64,000 nt of DNA from an uncultured beta proteobacterium (GTDB lineage Bacteria > Pseudomonadota > Gammaproteobacteria > Burkholderiales > SG8-39). Positions 1-8,908 of this stretch are shown in pieces. The stretch's first letter is position 1. The number at the start of each line of letters is the position of its first letter. A model generated the notes under the pieces. The model saw only the letters and a list, made by a program, of their open reading frames with translations. It had not been told where the DNA came from and did not search any database. The stretch is from NCBI GenBank assembly GCA_903928055.1, contig CAIYPG010000118.1, positions 84,097 to 148,096 of the forward strand. Reading direction: 5' to 3'. The translations under genes were made by a program, and so were the position numbers.

Positions 1-1
1 A

Positions 2-802
2 GTACGATGCGGTCGCTGTGCAAACGTATTCGATGCCAGAGCACATCTGGTGGTTCCGGCAGAATCACCAGCAATTCCCGAACCTCCCACGACACCGACT
101 GAACCGTCATTCAAGATCGAGGCACGGGAGCATGCCTTGAATGAGGCAATGACTCCGGAGACGGAGTCGTTCATTCTTGCCCCGGCGCCCATAGGAGACC
201 TTCTCAAACCGGAAGATGATCGGCCAAGATTCGAAAACATGGCTGCGATCGAAGCAGTCGCGCCCAGCCTGGAATTGGATTTCGGGAGAAAGGTACGCAC
301 AGCCGCACCAACGATATCGCCCTGGATAGGATGGCCAGGGCTGGCGGTACTTGTTTTACTGCTGGCGGCACAAATCGTTTTCCACCTGCGTGGGGACATT
401 GCTCTGCTGTTTCCTGATATCAAACCTTATGCCGAGGAATTGTGTATTGCTATCGGCTGCGATCTGCCACTGCCGCGAAAGCCGGAGATGATGAGTATCG
501 AGTCTTCAGATCTCCAGGCCGATACCTCGAATCCGGGCGTCATGGTCTTGTCTGCAACCTTGCGCAATCGCGCACCTTTCGCTCAAACTCCCCCGGCCCT
601 TGAACTGACACTGACGGATCTTCAGGATCAGCCGGTGGCGCGGCGGGTACTGAGTACGGCGCAATATATTGCCCGTGGAACAGCTGTCGGGACGGTTGAA
701 GGCAACCGGTTCCCGGCCAGCACCGAGGTACCCGTCAGGGTGTATTTTGAAGCACCCTCGGTAAAAGCTACCGGATATCGCCTGTATCTGTTTTATCCCT
801 GA
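2..802 (+). CDS. Zinc-ribbon (MJ0042-type) / DUF3426-like membrane protein, 5' end outside window
   Basis: The frame of ORF 50..802 stays open back to base 2 and reads VRCGRCANVFDA, a CxxC knuckle of an MJ0042-type zinc ribbon. This is followed by a Pro/Glu-rich linker, one TM helix (WPGLAVLVLLLAAQIVF) and a C-terminal beta-rich domain typical of DUF3426 proteins. Confidence 0.65.
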   Translation, partial: VRCGRCANVFDARAHLVVPAESPAIPEPPTTPTEPSFKIEAREHALNEAMTPETESFILAPAPIGDLLKPEDDRPRFENMAAIEAVAPSLELDFGRKVRTAAPTISPWIGWPGLAVLVLLLAAQIVFHLRGDIALLFPDIKPYAEELCIAIGCDLPLPRKPEMMSIESSDLQADTSNPGVMVLSATLRNRAPFAQTPPALELTLTDLQDQPVARRVLSTAQYIARGTAVGTVEGNRFPASTEVPVRVYFEAPSVKATGYRLYLFYP

Positions 803-868
803 GCCGAGGCCGCGATATTTACGTTATTCTTCGCACCCTGAACCGCACAACCCAACAGGAGAAAACCA

Positions 869-1369
869 ATGGCTAACGTCACCCTGGGCGGCAACCCGAT
901 CACCGTCGCCGGCACCTTCCCGCAAAAAGGCCAGTCAGCGCCCGATTTCAAGCTGGTTGGAAAGGACCTGAAGGATGTCTCGCTCAAGGATTTCGCCGGC
1001 AAGCGCAAGGTCTTGAACATCGTGCCCAGCCTGGACACCGCCATCTGCGCCACCTCTACCCGCAAGTTCAATGAGCGGGCTGCTGGGTTGGGCAATACTG
1101 TCGTGTTTTCCATTTCAGCCGACCTGCCATTCGCCATGGGCCGTTTTTGCACCACTGAAGGCATCGAAAACGTCGTGCCGTTATCGGTCATGCGCGGGCG
1201 CGATTTTCTGAAAAACTATGGCGTTGAGATCATGGACGGCCCACTGGCGGGAGTCGCCGCGCGAGCCGTCGTGGTGCTGGACGAAAACAACAAAGTGCTT
1301 CACTCGCAGCTCGTGCCGGAAATCAAGACCGAGCCCGACTATGATGCTGCCCTGGCAGCGCTGAAATAG
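869..1369 (+). CDS. tpx: Thiol peroxidase (atypical 2-Cys peroxiredoxin)
   Basis: 166 aa, collinear with E. coli Tpx. Shared stretches include [27 protein letters not shown] (peroxidatic Cys), [11 protein letters not shown] (resolving Cys) and [21 protein letters not shown] lies upstream. Confidence 0.93.
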   Translation: MANVTLGGNPITVAGTFPQKGQSAPDFKLVGKDLKDVSLKDFAGKRKVLNIVPSLDTAICATSTRKFNERAAGLGNTVVFSISADLPFAMGRFCTTEGIENVVPLSVMRGRDFLKNYGVEIMDGPLAGVAARAVVVLDENNKVLHSQLVPEIKTEPDYDAALAALK

Positions 1370-1449
1370 CCCGCTGAGACCGCCCCGGCCGTCTGCAGCA
1401 AATCACTGCAGACCCATATCGCATCTCCTTTCTGACAGTCCTGAATTCC

Positions 1450-2382
1450 ATGTCCATTCTCATCTGCGGTTCCATTGCCTACGACAACATCATGGTGTTT
1501 CAGGGCAGGTTCAAGGATCACATCCTTCCCGAACAAATTCACATCCTCAACGTGGCCTTTCTGGTGCCGCAGTTACGGAGGGAGTTCGGCGGTTGTGCCG
1601 GCAACATCGCTTATAACCTAAAGATGCTGGGCGGTGACCCTCTCATCATGGCTACGGTGGGCTCGGATGCGGCACCCTACGTTTCTCGACTGGACTCACT
1701 GGGTATCTCGCGGAAATGTGTTCGCGAAGTTCCCGAAGCGCTGACTGCGCAGGCATTCATTACCACCGACCTGGACGATAACCAGATCACCGCCTTCCAC
1801 CCGGGCGCGATGAACCACTCCCACCTGAATAACGTGACTTCCAGTCTGGGTACAAAGCTCGGCATCGTTGCACCGGACGGTCGCGAAGGCATGCTGCAGC
1901 ATGCCCGTGAACTGGCTGCCCTGAACATTCCGTTCGTTTTCGACCCCGGCCAGGGACTGCCGATGTTTTCGGGTGAAGAGTTGCTCGATTTCATTGCCAA
2001 AGCGACTTATGTCGCGGTCAATGACTATGAGGGCAAGCTTCTCGAAGAGCGCACTGGCCGCTCCTTGATTGAACTCTCCACGCTTGTCGAAGCTCTAATT
2101 GTTACCAGAGGCGCTGCGGGATCAACCATACACGCCTTGGGGCAACAGTTTGATATTCCGTGTGTTACAGCAAGCGAAGTGGTCGATCCCACCGGCTGCG
2201 GTGATGCCTACCGTGCCGGATTGCTGTACGGTATAGCCACAGGACGTGACTGGAAGACCACAGGCCAGTTGGCGTCACTGATGGGCGCTCTGAAGATCAG
2301 TTCGCGCGGCGGTCAGAACCACGTGGCAGACCGCGCCGCAATCACCAGCGCATACCGCAAGCATTTTGGAACAGAACTCTGA
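1450..2382 (+). CDS. PfkB-family carbohydrate/nucleoside kinase
   Basis: 310 aa. The N-terminal ILICGSIAYDNI..GGCAGNIAYNL matches the PfkB signature. The C-terminal DPTGCGDAYRAGLLYG matches the PfkB ATP/anion-hole motif (DTxGAGD type). Confidence 0.8.
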   Translation: MSILICGSIAYDNIMVFQGRFKDHILPEQIHILNVAFLVPQLRREFGGCAGNIAYNLKMLGGDPLIMATVGSDAAPYVSRLDSLGISRKCVREVPEALTAQAFITTDLDDNQITAFHPGAMNHSHLNNVTSSLGTKLGIVAPDGREGMLQHARELAALNIPFVFDPGQGLPMFSGEELLDFIAKATYVAVNDYEGKLLEERTGRSLIELSTLVEALIVTRGAAGSTIHALGQQFDIPCVTASEVVDPTGCGDAYRAGLLYGIATGRDWKTTGQLASLMGALKISSRGGQNHVADRAAITSAYRKHFGTEL

Positions 2383-2387
2383 AAGGA

Positions 2388-2861
2388 ATGACCATGACCG
2401 GAAAGCACTTTTCCCTCCTTTCTGCTGCAGCCATCATCGGGGCCGGCGTTGTTTCCGGCTGCGCCACCCAGAGCAGTTCCGGCAGCGTGTATTCACCACA
2501 GCAGGCCCGCCAGGAACAAACCATCCGCATGGGCGTCGTTGAGTCCGTCCGGGAAGTCACCATTGAAGGCTCGAAAGGCCCCGTTGGCACCATTGCTGGC
2601 GGTGCGGTCGGCGGCATTGCCGGAGCCAATGTTGGGGGCGGACGCGGCTCCACGATCGGTTCGATTCTTGGCGCGGTAGCCGGTGGTGTAGCGGGCCAGG
2701 CCATTGAGCGCAATGTCACACAGAAAAAGGGCCTGGAAATCACCGTGCGACTGGAAAACGGCGAATTGCGGGCCATTGTCCAAGAAGCCGATGAGACATT
2801 CCGATCCGGCGAGCGCGTGCGTCTGGTTTCCGGCGGTGGAGTCACCCGGGTTACGCACTAG
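2388..2861 (+). CDS. Glycine-zipper 2TM outer-membrane lipoprotein (SlyB/17-kDa-antigen-like)
   Basis: Lipobox VVSGC follows a signal peptide. A Gly-zipper run (GTIAGGAVGGIAGANVGGGRGSTIGSILGAVAGGVAG) is present. The gene starts 5 nt after the PfkB stop. Confidence 0.75.
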   Translation: MTMTGKHFSLLSAAAIIGAGVVSGCATQSSSGSVYSPQQARQEQTIRMGVVESVREVTIEGSKGPVGTIAGGAVGGIAGANVGGGRGSTIGSILGAVAGGVAGQAIERNVTQKKGLEITVRLENGELRAIVQEADETFRSGERVRLVSGGGVTRVTH

Positions 2862-2875
2862 GTTGAAATGGCCCC

Positions 2876-2900
2876 GGACAATATGACTGGCATATTGTCC
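2876..2900 (+). terminator. Hairpin downstream of the lipoprotein gene (weak intrinsic terminator candidate)
   Basis: ggacaatat / atattgtcc form a 9-bp stem with a 7-nt loop, 15 nt after the stop. There is only a short T-containing tail. Confidence 0.3.
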
Positions 2901-2958
2901 TTAGGGGAATTCTGTTTCAGCGGCGCGATACGCACTTGAGCTTCCGGGCCACACCCGC

Positions 2959-3771
2959 TTGACACATTATTCACGCGCCCACCGGACTACCCCTTTCCTG
3001 AAGCGATGCTCGCGGATAACCCGCCTTGCATGGCATCTGCTGGAGGGATTGACAACAGTCAGGTTCCGCTATCCATCGTGGTCCCTCGCGCAACGGCGCG
3101 CCGCCATGCGCCAGTGGTCAAACAAGCTATTGTCCATCCTGTCCGTGACCGTGCCAGCCAAAGACCGGCATCACGTCATGCCATCGCGATGCATCATCGT
3201 CAGCAATCACGTCTCCTGGATTGATATCTTTGTCCTGGCGGCAAACTATCCGGCGGTATTCGTCGCGAAGTCGGAAATCAGGCGCTGGCCACTGGTTGGG
3301 GGGCTGTGTGAGCAAACCGGAACATTGTTTATCGAACGCGGCAGATCATCGTCAGCAAGGAGAACCAACACGACCATTGCAGCCGCCGTTGAGGCAGGCA
3401 ATCTCGTGAGCATTTATCCTGAAGGAACGACCACCGACGGAAAAAATCTGGCGCATTTTCACGCCGCCCTGTTCCAGCCTGCCATTGATTCCGGAGCAAT
3501 GATCCTGCCCATGTCGCTGCGCTATACCGATAGCAGGGGCAATTACTGCAGCGCACCGAATTTTGTCGGCGAAACGACCTTCATGCAGTCACTTTGGCAC
3601 ACAACCGCTGAGCCGCATATTGTTGCGGATCTGCAGTTTCTGAAACCAATAAATTCAGCAGGCCGGGAACGGCGTGCTCTGGCTGCCGACGCACATGCCG
3701 CTATTGCCGTAGCGCTGGCCCTGAAGCAGGACGGCAACCAACCTGAAAAAGGCGTCGATCCTCAAGCCTGA
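2959..3771 (+). CDS. Lysophospholipid (1-acyl-sn-glycerol-3-phosphate) acyltransferase family protein
   Basis: Contains the HX4D acyltransferase motif (SNHVSWIDIF), FVAKSEI, and the YPEGTTTDG block III motif. The start is uncertain: TTG at 2959 is the only in-frame start upstream of the conserved N-terminal helix. Confidence 0.75.
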   Translation: MTHYSRAHRTTPFLKRCSRITRLAWHLLEGLTTVRFRYPSWSLAQRRAAMRQWSNKLLSILSVTVPAKDRHHVMPSRCIIVSNHVSWIDIFVLAANYPAVFVAKSEIRRWPLVGGLCEQTGTLFIERGRSSSARRTNTTIAAAVEAGNLVSIYPEGTTTDGKNLAHFHAALFQPAIDSGAMILPMSLRYTDSRGNYCSAPNFVGETTFMQSLWHTTAEPHIVADLQFLKPINSAGRERRALAADAHAAIAVALALKQDGNQPEKGVDPQA

Positions 3772-4528
3772 TGGCGGTAAGACGCCTGCCCCAGACACAG
3801 CCGGTGTCGATTCCAAGCAGCCCGGGGGAAATCTTGAGGCCCATTGCAGACCAGTGACCGCATACGATGACGTCATCCTTGGTCTTGCGGGCAGGCACAT
3901 CAAACCAAGGGATAAACCCAGCCGGCGCCACGTCCACTTCGCCCTTGGTCGCAAATTCCATAACGCCATCGGTACTGCAAAACCGCATCCTGGTCATCGC
4001 ATTCACGATCACCCGCCAGCGATCAGCACCCCGCAGATCATCAGACCAGTGATCCGGTTTGCTGCCATACAACCGGGAGAGAAACTCCCGATACCGCGAA
4101 CCACCCAGTTCCTCCTCCACCTCGGCGGCGAGCCGAGCCGCCATGCAGGTGGTCCATTGCGGCAACAGCCCGGCGTGCACCAAAACACGGTTTTCTTCGC
4201 GGTATAGCATTGGAAGGCCGCGTAGCCACGAAAGCAGTTCTCTGCAATCCGGGGCCGACAATACGGCATTCAGGGTGTCGTCGTTGTGCTGACTGGCAAA
4301 TCCCTCAGCAACCGCCAGCAAATGCAGGTCATGGTTGCCCAAAACCACAACAGCACTTTCACCCAGATCTTTCACATATCGCAGGACTTCAAGCGACTGA
4401 GGTCCGCGGTTGACCAGATCTCCCACAAACCACAGGCGGTCTGCTCCGGGTTTGAATTCGATTTTGGCGACCAGTTGTAGCAGTTCATCAAAGCAGCCTT
4501 GAACGTCGCCGATTGCGTAAGTTGCCAT
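3701..4528 (-). CDS. apaH: Symmetrical bis(5'-nucleosyl)-tetraphosphatase
   Basis: MATYAIGDVQGCFDELLQL.. is nearly identical in pattern to the E. coli ApaH N-terminus MATYLIGDVHGC. Metallophosphatase motifs GDLVNRGP, GNHDLHLL and VHAG are present. I chose the ATG at 4528 over the ORF-track TTG at 4558. Confidence 0.9.
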   Translation of the reverse strand: MATYAIGDVQGCFDELLQLVAKIEFKPGADRLWFVGDLVNRGPQSLEVLRYVKDLGESAVVVLGNHDLHLLAVAEGFASQHNDDTLNAVLSAPDCRELLSWLRGLPMLYREENRVLVHAGLLPQWTTCMAARLAAEVEEELGGSRYREFLSRLYGSKPDHWSDDLRGADRWRVIVNAMTRMRFCSTDGVMEFATKGEVDVAPAGFIPWFDVPARKTKDDVIVCGHWSAMGLKISPGLLGIDTGCVWGRRLTAIRLEDRRLFQVGCRPASGPALRQ

Positions 4529-4626
4529 TGGGAACCAAAAAATAAGCTTCTTGAGCAAAAGCTAAGTTTAGTAGCCGTCGCGGAATAACAGGCCACGATT
4601 GAAAATCTGTTACTGCAAGATATCAA

Positions 4627-4657
4627 AAATAAAGCCGGGGAACCCAGCTTTATTTTC
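4627..4657 (-). terminator. A/T-flanked hairpin, candidate (bidirectional) terminator downstream of the repeat-protein gene
   Basis: aaataaagc / gctttattt form a stem around the loop cggggaaccca, followed on the minus strand by a T-run (rc of aaaaa at 4625-4629). Confidence 0.4.
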
Positions 4658-4753
4658 GACATCGACATATGTGCTGTTCAGCTATTCCCTAGTATTTCAG
4701 AAAATCAACCTAAAACATTTCGGCAGCTAATTTCCCCGAATAAAGTAATTTGA

Positions 4754-5452
4754 TCACGCCAAAGGTTTTTGTTCGATTGCAGCACTACACCACGCAGCAT
4801 TCTCGTCTTTAATGGTGGCACTGCACCAGGCTGCACCTTTCTCTTTGACAATTGCAGCCTTTCTTTCAATTGAAGCGCTGCACCACGCAGCTTTCTTGCC
4901 TTCGATAGCCGCGCTGCACCAAGCTGTACTTTTATCCTCAATGGCCGCACTACACCAGGCTGCCGTCTTCGTTTCAATCGTAGCGCTACACCACGCAGCT
5001 TTCTTACCTTCAACGGCAGCACTACACCAAGCCACACTATTGGCTGTCCGCTTCTCAAATACCTCTTGATAAAGCCTGCGCGTATTTTCCATTAGTGTCG
5101 CTTGCTTTTCGCGATCCGCCTGCGTACGAATACCGATATGAGGACTATGGTGCAAGTACCCCCCGAACAGACGCTGGCAATCTTCATGATATTTCCGGGT
5201 ATGCATAATGTGCTGGTGCCAGAATTCGTCGGCGTCTTTGCTTATTACGATCCGTTCTGCCTGCTCGGGATACTTCAAGAGCATGACCAAGAATTCTCTA
5301 TATTCACATTCAGCGCTGCCCACCCGTTCCGTAGTCCACCCCGCGCCCAACTCTGGGTCCATTATCTTCAATTTAATTGATTCAAGATCAAGCTTCTGGA
5401 TGAGTTCTATCACCTGATCTACGGATTCTGTTACAAAATTTCCTTGCATCAT
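4754..5452 (-). CDS. DUF1399/GRDP-like domain protein with 7 tandem AAWCSA 12-residue repeats
   Basis: 232 aa with a GGAG SD 5 nt upstream of the ATG. The N-terminal ~130 aa carry DADEFWHQHIMHTRKYHEDCQRLFGGYL, which matches the remembered GRDP-like signature (D-x-E-W-x-WH-x-H..Y..DC...[FY]G). The C-terminal ~95 aa are repeats of AAWCSA[AT]IExKx. Confidence 0.7.
   Translation of the reverse strand: MMQGNFVTESVDQVIELIQKLDLESIKLKIMDPELGAGWTTERVGSAECEYREFLVMLLKYPEQAERIVISKDADEFWHQHIMHTRKYHEDCQRLFGGYLHHSPHIGIRTQADREKQATLMENTRRLYQEVFEKRTANSVAWCSAAVEGKKAAWCSATIETKTAAWCSAAIEDKSTAWCSAAIEGKKAAWCSASIERKAAIVKEKGAAWCSATIKDENAAWCSAAIEQKPLA
4757..5035 (-). repeat. In-frame 36-nt tandem coding repeat (7 units, one 57-nt unit)
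   Basis: TGG codons start at 5029, 4993, 4957, 4921, 4885, 4828 and 4792, giving a 36-nt period apart from one 57-nt step. The units differ at synonymous positions (TGT/TGC, AGT/AGC, GCN). Confidence 0.9.
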
Positions 5453-5476
5453 GTTCTCCAGTCTGAGGTTGCATTC

Positions 5477-5497
5477 AAAAAAATGCCGTCTTACGGC
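5477..5497 (-). terminator. Small intrinsic terminator after the CHASE-GGDEF-EAL gene
   Basis: On the minus strand, gccgt-aag-acggc is followed by attttttt, about 45 nt after the stop at 5543. Confidence 0.4.
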
Positions 5498-5542
5498 TTG
5501 TTGATGACATAAGCGGCATTGGGCACAAATTCACGGGGCTGA

Positions 5543-8500
5543 TTAGACTGATCCTCGTGACTTGATTACTGAGAGATGAGGTTTTGGAGTGTGATTCTTC
5601 AAAAATTTCACCAATTCATCTGCAGCCAGCGGCTTGCTGAAATAAAACCCCTGGAATTCATCACAATCATTCGCCGACAGAAAATCAGACTGTTCAGCAG
5701 TCTCAACTCCTTCGGCAACGACCTTCATACGAAGACTATGCGCAAGCGCAATAATTCCCCGGGTAAGCGCCATATCGTCCACTTCCTTGGGAATGTCTGT
5801 AATGAATGTCCGATCGATCTTCACGCAGTCGATCGGAAAACGCTTCAGGTAGGCAAGCGACGAGTACCCCGTGCCAAAATCGTCCAGCGAGAGATAACTT
5901 CCGATTGCCTTCAGATCACCAAGCAACCGAACGGCATGCTCGGGATTTTGGATAACCATGCTTTCGGTAATTTCAAACTCCAAGTCTTCGGCACGGACTC
6001 CCGAAGCGCTGATGATCCTCGTGATATCCGAAAGAAACTTGTCGTTGGCGAATTGGCGAGCTGACAGATTGATTGCAATCCGCGGTGCCGGCAAGCCCAT
6101 TTGTTGCCAAGCACGGCACTGCTGGCAAGCGGTGGTCAACACCCATTCGCCGATTGGAACAATCAAACCGGTTTCCTCCGCCAGCGGAATGAATTGCACC
6201 GGAGAAACAATGCCGAGGTCCGGATGCTGCCAGCGAATTAGCGCTTCGACACCTGTGATCCGTCCCGTGCGCATGTCCACCTTGGGCTGGTAGTGCAGCA
6301 ACAGTTGGTCCCTCTCAATCGCATGACGCAGACTGGATTCGAGCGCAACGCGCTCGAACGTGTGCTTGTTCATCTCCGCAGAGTAAAAATGATAGATATT
6401 TCCGCCCTGTCCCTTCGCGCGATACATCGCTGCGTCGGCATTCTGCAGCAGCGTTTCGACATCAGCGCCATCCTCGGGGAAAACACTGATACCAATGCTG
6501 GCCGATAGCTGAAATTCCTGATGGTCAACGATAAATGGCTTCGCCAAACTGGCAAGGATCTTCTGGGCGACCGGGATGGCATCACGTGGTTGGGCCATGT
6601 TCTCCAAGGTAACCACGAATTCATCTCCGCCAAGACGCGAGATGCCATCACTGTCACGCAGCGCAGCAGTGAGACGAATGGCGCATTCCTGCAGTACCCG
6701 ATCACCCGCGTTATGTCCCAGGGTATCGTTGACGATCTTGAAACGGTCTATATCCACAAACAACAGGGAAAGCCCGCGGTTGTGACGCGAGGACTGACTT
6801 AGTGCATGGCCCAGTCGCTCGCTGAAGAAATTTCGATTCGACAACTCCGTCAGCGGATCATGACCTGCCAGGTGGCGCAACGCCTGCTCGGCATGGTTAC
6901 GCTGGCAATATTGCCCGAGATAGCTGCTGATCGACTGAAGCAGATGTAGAAAGGTTTCATCGGGCTGCGGCAATTCCCGGCTAAATATCTCAATCACACC
7001 GAAGAATTGGGTAGCAGACATGATTGGAAAGGCAATTGCAGAATGCAATTTGGCCTCCGATGCCGCAGGCATGCGACTGAAGCTTTGTTCTGCAACCAGG
7101 TCCTGAACAAAAAGGGGTTTTCGCTCGAACCAGACCCGCCCCGGCACATCAACGTTTGAAGGAGTCGATAATTTTTCCGTCAACGTCAGAAACGCCTTCA
7201 GCTTGGGAGTGCCTATTCCCCAAGTCGCGGCACACCTCAAGAGGTTGCTCTCCTTGTCCAGTGTCCAATAAGTTCCGCATTCAGCCGCGAAGCCCTTGAC
7301 CATTGCCTGAATGATCTCGGGCATTGCTTTGGTCAGGTCATTGGCGGAGGCGGCCAGCTGGGTAACTCTGTGCTCAACCTCCAGCCGCATCGCTGAAAGT
7401 TTCTTCTCCGTTATATCCTTGCTCGTGCCAGACAGAAGGGCTGTACCAGCATGCAAAGTAGGCCTAGCGACCGTACGTACCCATCGAAGAATACCGTCGC
7501 TCCAGAAGATCCTGTGATCAAGCTCGCAGTCCTGCTTGTTCTCCATGGACTGGCGGAGTGCTTCCTCAAAAGTGCGGCGGTCCTTCTCATGAACACGTTG
7601 CAGGAAATCAGAATAGGAGAACGTTGGGGCTTCAGAGGAAAGCCCGAAGATGCGTTGCGTCTCTGCCGACAGAGACATGCTTCCCGTATCCGGATTCAAC
7701 AACCAGTTTCCGAATTGCGCAATGTGTTGGGCATTTGCAAGATCAGCTTCGCGTTCCTGCAATTCCTTAGCAATGGTTCCTGCAATTCTCAAAGCCCGCA
7801 TGCGCGAAGAAGACAGCGCGTAAAACATGCCAAACAATAAAACACTGCATAAAAGTCCGACTGACAATACCAACCAAGGTAGGGTGGCATCTACACGATC
7901 GATAATGGCGCTCTTTCTGGCAGCGAACCGAACTTCCCAGAGTCGGCCGCCCACCTCAGTCTGCAAGGCCCTCGTAAAAAACTCTCGATCCGCGGAATTG
8001 ACGGGTGATGCATCGTAGGAATCTGTTGAGAAGAGCAGGCGCCTTTCGCTGCTCGTGGAAGCCGGCTCCGCAAACGCAGGCCCAATGTCCGTCAGCCAGA
8101 CTTGCATATATTTCGCTACCGTACTGTCGAACAAGCCCTGCATCAGATTTTCAACATTAAAACCTGCGCCAACCGAACCTAAGTACGCAGCCCTTCTCTC
8201 TGGAACGGTGGATACAGGGGCACCATTTCTATAGACGGCCAGCCTCATAGCCAACCCTACAAATTCTCTACCGCTTTTAATTCGAATACGCTGCCCAGAT
8301 GCAGTCACTTGTCCGGAGTCGCGCGCTGAGAATTGCAATGCCTCAAGAGCTTTCGGGCCTACCGACGCAAATGGGCTTGCACCGAGATCAAGCCCGAATG
8401 CAAATTTGTTGGACTCCATTGGCTCCAGGTAAACAATGACATGATATTCGGGCCGCTCTCCGGGAGGCTTGATCGCAAAGTCTGGGTAACCTTCAGAATT

Positions 8501-8908
8501 TAAACTGGTATCCCTGCGTACCGTATCTTCGAAAATTTTCCTGTTTTTCGCTGAAACATAAGTGGCAAAGTTAATCACTTCAAACCCGGGATATCTGCGC
8601 TTCAGATCAAGAGATTCGAAAAGGCGGCGAAATTCAACCCGGTTTAGCTCCTTGCTAGATACAAAAGCTCCCCTGACGCTATACAGGACATCGGTATAAG
8701 AATGAATCCTTGATTCCATGACATGCTTTGCGTCACTCGCATAGCGATCGAATCTCAACCCGGCGGCGCGCTCTATGTCGCCTCGGATTACCTCGAAGAC
8801 GAGAAATGAAAGCAGGACGCCGGTCACCAAAGCAATCCAAGGCGCCAATGTTTTCCCGATAGACGGCAAGCCGCTCTTATCAGAAAACAGCTTTGTGATC
8901 AGATGCAT
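5543..8908 (-). CDS. CHASE-PAS-GAF-GGDEF-EAL sensory c-di-GMP turnover protein
   Basis: 1121 aa. Two TM helices flank a ~300-aa periplasmic CHASE-like domain, followed by PAS and GAF regions. The GGDEF domain has RLGGDEF with an RDSD (RxxD) I-site 5 residues upstream. The EAL domain has EALIRW, DDFGTGYSSL and AEGVET. Confidence 0.9.
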   Translation of the reverse strand: MHLITKLFSDKSGLPSIGKTLAPWIALVTGVLLSFLVFEVIRGDIERAAGLRFDRYASDAKHVMESRIHSYTDVLYSVRGAFVSSKELNRVEFRRLFESLDLKRRYPGFEVINFATYVSAKNRKIFEDTVRRDTSLNSEGYPDFAIKPPGERPEYHVIVYLEPMESNKFAFGLDLGASPFASVGPKALEALQFSARDSGQVTASGQRIRIKSGREFVGLAMRLAVYRNGAPVSTVPERRAAYLGSVGAGFNVENLMQGLFDSTVAKYMQVWLTDIGPAFAEPASTSSERRLLFSTDSYDASPVNSADREFFTRALQTEVGGRLWEVRFAARKSAIIDRVDATLPWLVLSVGLLCSVLLFGMFYALSSSRMRALRIAGTIAKELQEREADLANAQHIAQFGNWLLNPDTGSMSLSAETQRIFGLSSEAPTFSYSDFLQRVHEKDRRTFEEALRQSMENKQDCELDHRIFWSDGILRWVRTVARPTLHAGTALLSGTSKDITEKKLSAMRLEVEHRVTQLAASANDLTKAMPEIIQAMVKGFAAECGTYWTLDKESNLLRCAATWGIGTPKLKAFLTLTEKLSTPSNVDVPGRVWFERKPLFVQDLVAEQSFSRMPAASEAKLHSAIAFPIMSATQFFGVIEIFSRELPQPDETFLHLLQSISSYLGQYCQRNHAEQALRHLAGHDPLTELSNRNFFSERLGHALSQSSRHNRGLSLLFVDIDRFKIVNDTLGHNAGDRVLQECAIRLTAALRDSDGISRLGGDEFVVTLENMAQPRDAIPVAQKILASLAKPFIVDHQEFQLSASIGISVFPEDGADVETLLQNADAAMYRAKGQGGNIYHFYSAEMNKHTFERVALESSLRHAIERDQLLLHYQPKVDMRTGRITGVEALIRWQHPDLGIVSPVQFIPLAEETGLIVPIGEWVLTTACQQCRAWQQMGLPAPRIAINLSARQFANDKFLSDITRIISASGVRAEDLEFEITESMVIQNPEHAVRLLGDLKAIGSYLSLDDFGTGYSSLAYLKRFPIDCVKIDRTFITDIPKEVDDMALTRGIIALAHSLRMKVVAEGVETAEQSDFLSANDCDEFQGFYFSKPLAADELVKFLKNHTPKPHLSVIKSRGSV

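Noticed and set aside
1391-1413. Hairpin gtctgcag-N7-ctgcagac after tpx as a terminator
   Set aside because: The stem is real, but no T-run follows. It is too weak to call as a feature.
4757-5035. Regular 36-nt periodicity that could be mistaken for a CRISPR array or non-coding satellite
   Set aside because: The units are contiguous with no unique spacers. They are in frame within a 232-aa ORF with a good SD, and they vary mainly at synonymous positions. This is a coding tandem repeat, and no cas genes are present.
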